Virus genome (UHGV): UHGV-0171787
Reading direction: 5' to 3' (one strand)
Origin: a virus
Length of the DNA: 64,000 nt
The translations under genes were made by a program, and so were the position numbers. Of this stretch, positions 58,934-64,000 are shown piece by piece; the first letter of the stretch is position 1, and every line of letters begins with the position of its first letter. The notes under the pieces were generated by a model, which did no database searches, was not told where the DNA came from, and worked only from the letters and a program-made list of their open reading frames with translations.

Positions 58934-59842
58934 TTATGCTGCCTGACGTGCTGCCATAATTTCAGCCGCTTTGCGCAGTACTTCTTCCTCTTCTGCTTTC
59001 GCAGCTTGCTCGGTACGAGTAGCAACCGTTGAAGAGATACGACCGCGCAGACTTTCTAACTTCTCCTGCATAGCTGCAACAGCCTTTTCCATTTCATCAG
59101 CGTATGAATCAAGTGATTCCAATTCCTTGCTTGATGCGTTCATCAGGTAGTCATCAGAGATTGCTACCGTTGAGGCCGTGACTTTCTTGATGAGTGAATC
59201 AAAGGACTTTTTAACTTTGCCGACTTCTTCGCTCAGGGCAATAGTGTTATCACTAGTTGCGCCGTTGCGCTCATCAGCTAGTAATTTAGCTTCAATACGG
59301 ATTGCATTCAAGCGTTCAACCAAAGCGTAAATATCTTGGTTAAAATCTTCCTTGTTTTTCGCCGGGATTTGCAGGTGTGCCGCTACGTTGTCGTTGCAAC
59401 CTTTGTAGAAGTTAGGATTATCAACTTCAATTTCACGACCTAAAGCAAAGTTTTCGAAAGCGTTTGACCAGCGAGCGCGGTTTTGTTCCATTTTGGTCTT
59501 AATCTGCGCTTCTTTCGCATCTTCTTTCGCTTTCGCTTCACCTTCCAGATTAATCCACTTTTTACGACCATTTGCCGCATCGGTGTTAAACTTGATAGGG
59601 GTTAAGAAAGTGATTGCGGTAGCAATAACATCCATATCGCGGAAGCGTTCAGTTAACAGGAAATCAACCGCCGTCTGTAATACGTCCAGTTTCTTACCGT
59701 TGCTGCGGAAGTGCTGCAAATGACCTAACAGGAAGTTAGAAACATCTTGTTTGATCGCCGCGTTATTGCTACGAATGTTGTTAGCCAGAGCATTAAAACC
59801 GGATTCGTTAACCAGAGTAAAGATTTTAGCCATGATATTCAC
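58934..59842 (-). CDS. hypothetical protein; first gene after the ORF-free 59843-61446 region
   Basis: 302-aa helical, charged protein, bounded by the ORF-free region upstream and a terminator downstream. Confidence 0.5.
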   Translation of the reverse strand: MNIMAKIFTLVNESGFNALANNIRSNNAAIKQDVSNFLLGHLQHFRSNGKKLDVLQTAVDFLLTERFRDMDVIATAITFLTPIKFNTDAANGRKKWINLEGEAKAKEDAKEAQIKTKMEQNRARWSNAFENFALGREIEVDNPNFYKGCNDNVAAHLQIPAKNKEDFNQDIYALVERLNAIRIEAKLLADERNGATSDNTIALSEEVGKVKKSFDSLIKKVTASTVAISDDYLMNASSKELESLDSYADEMEKAVAAMQEKLESLRGRISSTVATRTEQAAKAEEEEVLRKAAEIMAARQAA

Positions 59843-60755
59843 CTTTCAATTGTAAGGGCACTTTGCCCCGCTCTCTATGAGCTTGCTTAAGTCACTATTA
59901 ACTTAACTCTAACCACTCACTATTAAGTAGTTATAGGTAAGTGGAGCGGTCTTATCAGGAATTAACCTTGCCGCTCCCTTATCCGTGATGTTTCATCTGG
60001 TATCTTTAATTAGTCGCTATAAACAAAGCCGACCTGATAGCGATGATCAATCATCACAATAAGGCAGTGCGTCCGACTCTAATTAGTTACGTTATTGTAA
60101 CCGTCGGCAATATCGTCTACTTTGCTTTCGCTCTCGCCTATCCTTTTGTATCAACTCTCAATCGCTAGTCATCGCCCACTACGGGATACTATTGCGAAAG
60201 AGTCATTGACCGTCTAATATTCCGACGTTTTATATCTTTCAGCGAGTTTACTACATAAACCGACTATGTACTTTCATCATGAGATGAATCTCAAGCCGTT
60301 CACATTGTAAACGTTCACACTAAACCTTATTGTTAAATAGCAATTTGCCACTTTTTAACCACTCCCCGCCGCTCTCAATTGAGCGTTAATTCGTCGGACT
60401 TATCTACCCTGATTAACTTCTTTCACCGTAGCGCCTTGTTAGCGATGACCGCCGCTACCCTTAACCGTGGGCGATTAGCTTAAGTCGATGCGTGCACTCG
60501 ATGAATCTGCTTATCAGTGGTGATGTTTCCAGTAAGGGATTGTAAGGCTGTTTTCTCTGATAGTTTAGAGAGTCTTACACCGTTTTATCTGGTATGCTTT
60601 CCGATGGTTATTATCATCAAGCATATTCAACCGATATAGGAGAACGTTTAAATTGTTAAAGAGCGGTAAATCTATCAGCGCGCTTTCTCACGCTATGCAA
60701 CTGTTAGCCGTTGTTACGCTATTCACTGAAGCGGTGATTTGCTTAAGTGATGCTC

Positions 60756-60784
60756 ATTATGAATCATGTTGTTTTAGCTGTCAA
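60756..60784 (-). promoter_or_regulatory. sigma-70-like promoter candidate (TTGACA, 17-nt spacer, CATAAT)
   Basis: Plus-strand tgtcaa at 60779-60784 and attatg at 60756-60761 read on the minus strand as TTGACA-17-CATAAT; two similar TTGACA elements lie at 60936-60941 and 61083-61088. Confidence 0.35.
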
Positions 60785-61446
60785 CCACTTTTTTAATCTT
60801 TTTCGTCGTTCCCGTTATTGGGAGGATATACCAATCAGCTTTATTCGATTGGAGATTAAGCGGTAAGGCTTAACTTATGATTCATATTTTTAAAGAGCGG
60901 TTACTACATTCACAGCTTAACACATCGTGTTAGCTTGTCAACTCTTTTTATCATCTTCTTTGAATTCCTTTCCCTTATCTCGCGTGAATCTCTGCGAAAG
61001 GGCAAGATGATAAGTTTTTAAAGAGCAATTGCAAGTTTCCTTGCTTTGTTTCTGATACCCATCTTACTACATTTGGGCATCTTGTCAATCTTTTTATTTC
61101 TTATCGATTACCTGTTTTTCGTACGACTTATCAGGTTGTCTACTTGGCACTGCTTAACCGATGAATAGATAATAGTGGAAGTGAGGGAGGAAAGCAACAC
61201 TTATTTTGATTATTTTCAGGGAAGGAAGATATAAAAGAACGCGCACGCGAATAACATACTAAAACAGGCTTGTAAAGCACTAGTTGACGCTCTCAGACGC
61301 ATCACAACGAGCTAAAAGGAAGTAAGGCATACAATCACCTTATAAAAGAGAAAAGCCTCACTAGGAGGCTTACAGGAAGGATTAGAGAATCAGATAGATT
61401 ATGACCATAGGCATGACTACGGCACAATACAGGAGAAAGATTAAGC

Positions 61447-61812
61447 CTATGGATTTACACATTGACCGTTGCCGGATTTTATTTCGTTCATAGACTCGTC
61501 AAAGAGCGTCAACGACGAGCGCAACAAGTGATCGACCGTAATTTGTTTGCCAGTGGTTTCGTTAGTCATATAGATAGACTTGTCATAGACTACAACACTC
61601 TCAAAATCTTCTACATGTAAAATAATAACTTTAGGTGACTGTTTACCAGTTTCATAATCTTCTATCAAATAGGTGCACTGTAGACCTTCGATAGTATCAG
61701 GTGTGAACGTTGCAGCCTTCACACTACCCATAGACGATAGCAGGACACCTAACAGGAGAACAACAAGGAAGAAGCCTACAACCGTTTTAACGACGAATTT
61801 AATAAACCACAT
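61447..61812 (-). CDS. membrane-anchored or secreted protein
   Basis: N-terminal hydrophobic segment FLVVLLLGVLLSSMGSVKA. Confidence 0.45.
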   Translation of the reverse strand: MWFIKFVVKTVVGFFLVVLLLGVLLSSMGSVKAATFTPDTIEGLQCTYLIEDYETGKQSPKVIILHVEDFESVVVYDKSIYMTNETTGKQITVDHLLRSSLTLFDESMNEIKSGNGQCVNP

Positions 61813-61906
61813 AGCAGTAAACCTTTTTAGTCAGAGAATGTAAGAATACAGCATATCAGCGACGAACAACGCTACCGTAACGACGAACAAGCAACGCCAA
61901 AAATAA

Positions 61907-62170
61907 TCATGAAGCATCATTGCTACCCTCGACAAAAAATACTATACTGATTTGTTCCACTTCTTCCAGCGACAGGAGAATCCCACGTTGAGCTAAATAC
62001 TTCCCAATAGCGAGATAATCTTGCACTAAATAGACCGCAGGAAAGCTAACGGTTTTTATCTTACCCTTCGTAAGAAAAGACAAATAAGCATAGTCGATTG
62101 ACTCATCAAAGGAGAGCGTAACGCCACCGTAATTATGCGTATCAATCAGCGCAATAGTTTCATTACCCAT
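61907..62170 (-). CDS. hypothetical protein (start revised)
   Basis: ORF 61907..62437 overlaps the lipoprotein gene by about 160 bp; an internal Met (MGNETIAL) removes the overlap. Confidence 0.35.
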   Translation of the reverse strand: MGNETIALIDTHNYGGVTLSFDESIDYAYLSFLTKGKIKTVSFPAVYLVQDYLAIGKYLAQRGILLSLEEVEQISIVFFVEGSNDAS

Positions 62171-62276
62171 TGGTATCACACTCCCAAAACAACTAACAGA
62201 TAGTAAGCGATTGCAGTAGCAATCACCGTGAAAATTAAAGATAAAATGGTTGAGCTGGTATTGCAAACCATTCTTT

Positions 62277-62606
62277 TTAAATGTCCCATTCTTTACCTTT
62301 AGTGGAAGTGTTGCCACCGCAATGAGTTGCTCGGGAGATAAAGTCTGACTTCTTCCAATCAGCTTGTGTTTCCATATCACGCTCACGATAGGCTTTCTCA
62401 TCAACAGATCCACCATTAGAGCAGCTAGCACCTTCATACTTCATATCAATTTCACCAGAAGGAACCTTAACCCCATCTTTCCAACGCATTACACAAGTAC
62501 CCTCAACTCCCAGAGCACACCAACCGTTGGGACGCGGAGAAGAAGAACATCCAACAGTTGAGAGAACAGCTACAGATAAAAGAGCAGATGCAATCAGAGT
62601 TTTCAT
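62277..62606 (-). CDS. putative Cys-rich lipoprotein
   Basis: MKTLIASALLSVAVLSTVGC: signal peptide with a lipobox-like VGC, followed by a Cys-rich domain. Confidence 0.5.
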   Translation of the reverse strand: MKTLIASALLSVAVLSTVGCSSSPRPNGWCALGVEGTCVMRWKDGVKVPSGEIDMKYEGASCSNGGSVDEKAYRERDMETQADWKKSDFISRATHCGGNTSTKGKEWDI

Positions 62607-62675
62607 TGTCTTGATTCCTTTAGTGTTGTCTTGATGAGGTAATAATACTGCCAATCAATAACCGTGTCAACAACT

Positions 62676-63152
62676 TTATTTTGCTTTAACACAATCACCC
62701 ATCTGGAAGCGGAACGTCCAGATACTATTATCAGCAGCATAGACGGAAGTGGCTAACATGGTTTCTTGCATTGTGCCATACGTTACCAGATTAGTCACAA
62801 CTTTAGAGCCTTTGATAGTCTGCACATCGCCAAAGGTAATCAACTCAGGGTCATTGTCTTTGCGAGAAAGGAGAATATCCTCATTGTTCTGATTGTCAAG
62901 TGTATGAGTAGACAGCACCATACCACGATTGGTTACGTTAGATAACTTAACCTTCATCAACGTAGTGACATTATCTGAATCCAACCCTTTACAAACCATC
63001 CAACCTTTAGGAGCGTTGCTAACGAATGTATCAGCAGCATCATTCACAACTACAGCAGCTTGAGCAACTGGAGCACTAGCAATCTTGTCAGCGATAGCCA
63101 TGCTACCGAAGGTTAATATCAGAGCACCGATTACAAAGTTTGACTTAGTCAT
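62676..63152 (-). CDS. secreted / periplasmic protein
   Basis: N-terminal signal peptide (MTKSNFVIGALILTFGSMAIA...). Confidence 0.5.
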   Translation of the reverse strand: MTKSNFVIGALILTFGSMAIADKIASAPVAQAAVVVNDAADTFVSNAPKGWMVCKGLDSDNVTTLMKVKLSNVTNRGMVLSTHTLDNQNNEDILLSRKDNDPELITFGDVQTIKGSKVVTNLVTYGTMQETMLATSVYAADNSIWTFRFQMGDCVKAK

Positions 63153-63514
63153 GATTGATTCCTTTAGTTGGTATGCTTCGTTTCAATGAGATAACTATAC
63201 TTCTTACTACACAACAAGTCAACAACTAATTTTAATTCTTTTATGATTCACGATGTAGCCTGAGCAACCGCAGTTCTCAGAGAGCCATTACTCACTTGGC
63301 TTCTCCAGTGACCCGATAGTGTTCCAGCCTTAGCCAGTCAATCGCGGAGTCCTTACATCTAATCACTTTCCACTACTTAGGACGATTATCCTTCATGGAA
63401 CCTACTACTATCTAGCTACTTGGTATCGCTACTTCGCTTCGATGAATACAATTTACTACTTCTTACTAAGGAAAGCAAGCGCTACGGGTAAAATATTTCT
63501 ACTATCTATATAGG

Positions 63515-63955
63515 ACGGGGAGATAACAACCGCAGGACAGACCACGGGGAAGGGTAGCCAGATAGTGCGGTAATAATATACCACTTAAATAATTGTATAA
63601 CTCAAACATCAAAGACCGTTCGTACTACGTACTCACCATTCGCTACGCTCATGTACGCTGAAAAAGAAAGTAATAAAAGAATATAATAAACATCAAACAT
63701 AATCTTTCCACTTAATTAATACATACATCATTATTGCACTCATAATAACAACTATTGAAACTATTATCAACGTAACTATGGGGGCTTGTGACTGTTACTC
63801 ATGGGCATTATATCGCCTTAATCTATTGGTACAGTGGAAGACCATTATCAGTGCTAGCCTTTCATCCATTCAGTAAAGGGGAACTAAATAAACGGGTAGG
63901 TAATGAATAGGATGGTATACACGGGGAAAGAATAACGGGGAGTAGGCACGGGGAA
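63515..63955. repeat. cluster of short G-rich repeats (ACGGGGA) in an ORF-free region
   Basis: ACGGGGA(A/G) occurs at about 63515, 63544, 63921, 63936 and 63949. Confidence 0.5.
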
Positions 63956-64000
63956 GGTTGGAACGTTGAAAGGGAAGGTAAAGGCATTCCCATATGAGCT

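Noticed and set aside
60756-61088. Treating all three TTGACA elements as confirmed promoters
   Set aside because: Only the 60756-60784 element has a good -10 (CATAAT); the other two have weak -10 hexamers (TAAGCT, TAAGAT).

Overview
This window looks like most of a virulent tailed dsDNA phage genome with two convergent arms. All calls come from reading the sequence and the ORF track and recognising motifs from memory; no database or HMM search was run, so family assignments are provisional. The plus-strand arm (1-24635) is a virion module: portal (5' end outside the window), scaffold, major capsid with an Ig-like extension reached by a -1 frameshift, tail fiber/spike, a GH24 endolysin, an SLT transglycosylase and a 1450-aa internal protein. 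It ends at a terminator near 24644-24684. The minus-strand arm (24922-63152) carries replication, nucleotide-metabolism and accessory genes: family-A DNA polymerase with a separately encoded 3'-5' exonuclease, a T7 gp4-like primase-helicase interrupted by a group I intron, gp2.5-like SSB, FEN-like 5'-3' exonuclease, PhoH, ThyX-like, dCTP deaminase, thioredoxin, Dps-like, a sigma-factor-like protein, a spanin pair and three HNH endonucleases. The most notable region is a roughly 10-kb cluster (41800-51798) encoding a class-II glutamine amidotransferase, two amidoligase-like proteins, an ATP-grasp ligase and a GGCT/AIG2-like protein. I read this as a candidate modification or metabolite-synthesis system, unproven. 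The right end (59843-64000) is largely ORF-free apart from four exported-protein genes, with promoter-like elements and short G-rich repeats. Not found: CRISPR arrays, integrase, rRNA.
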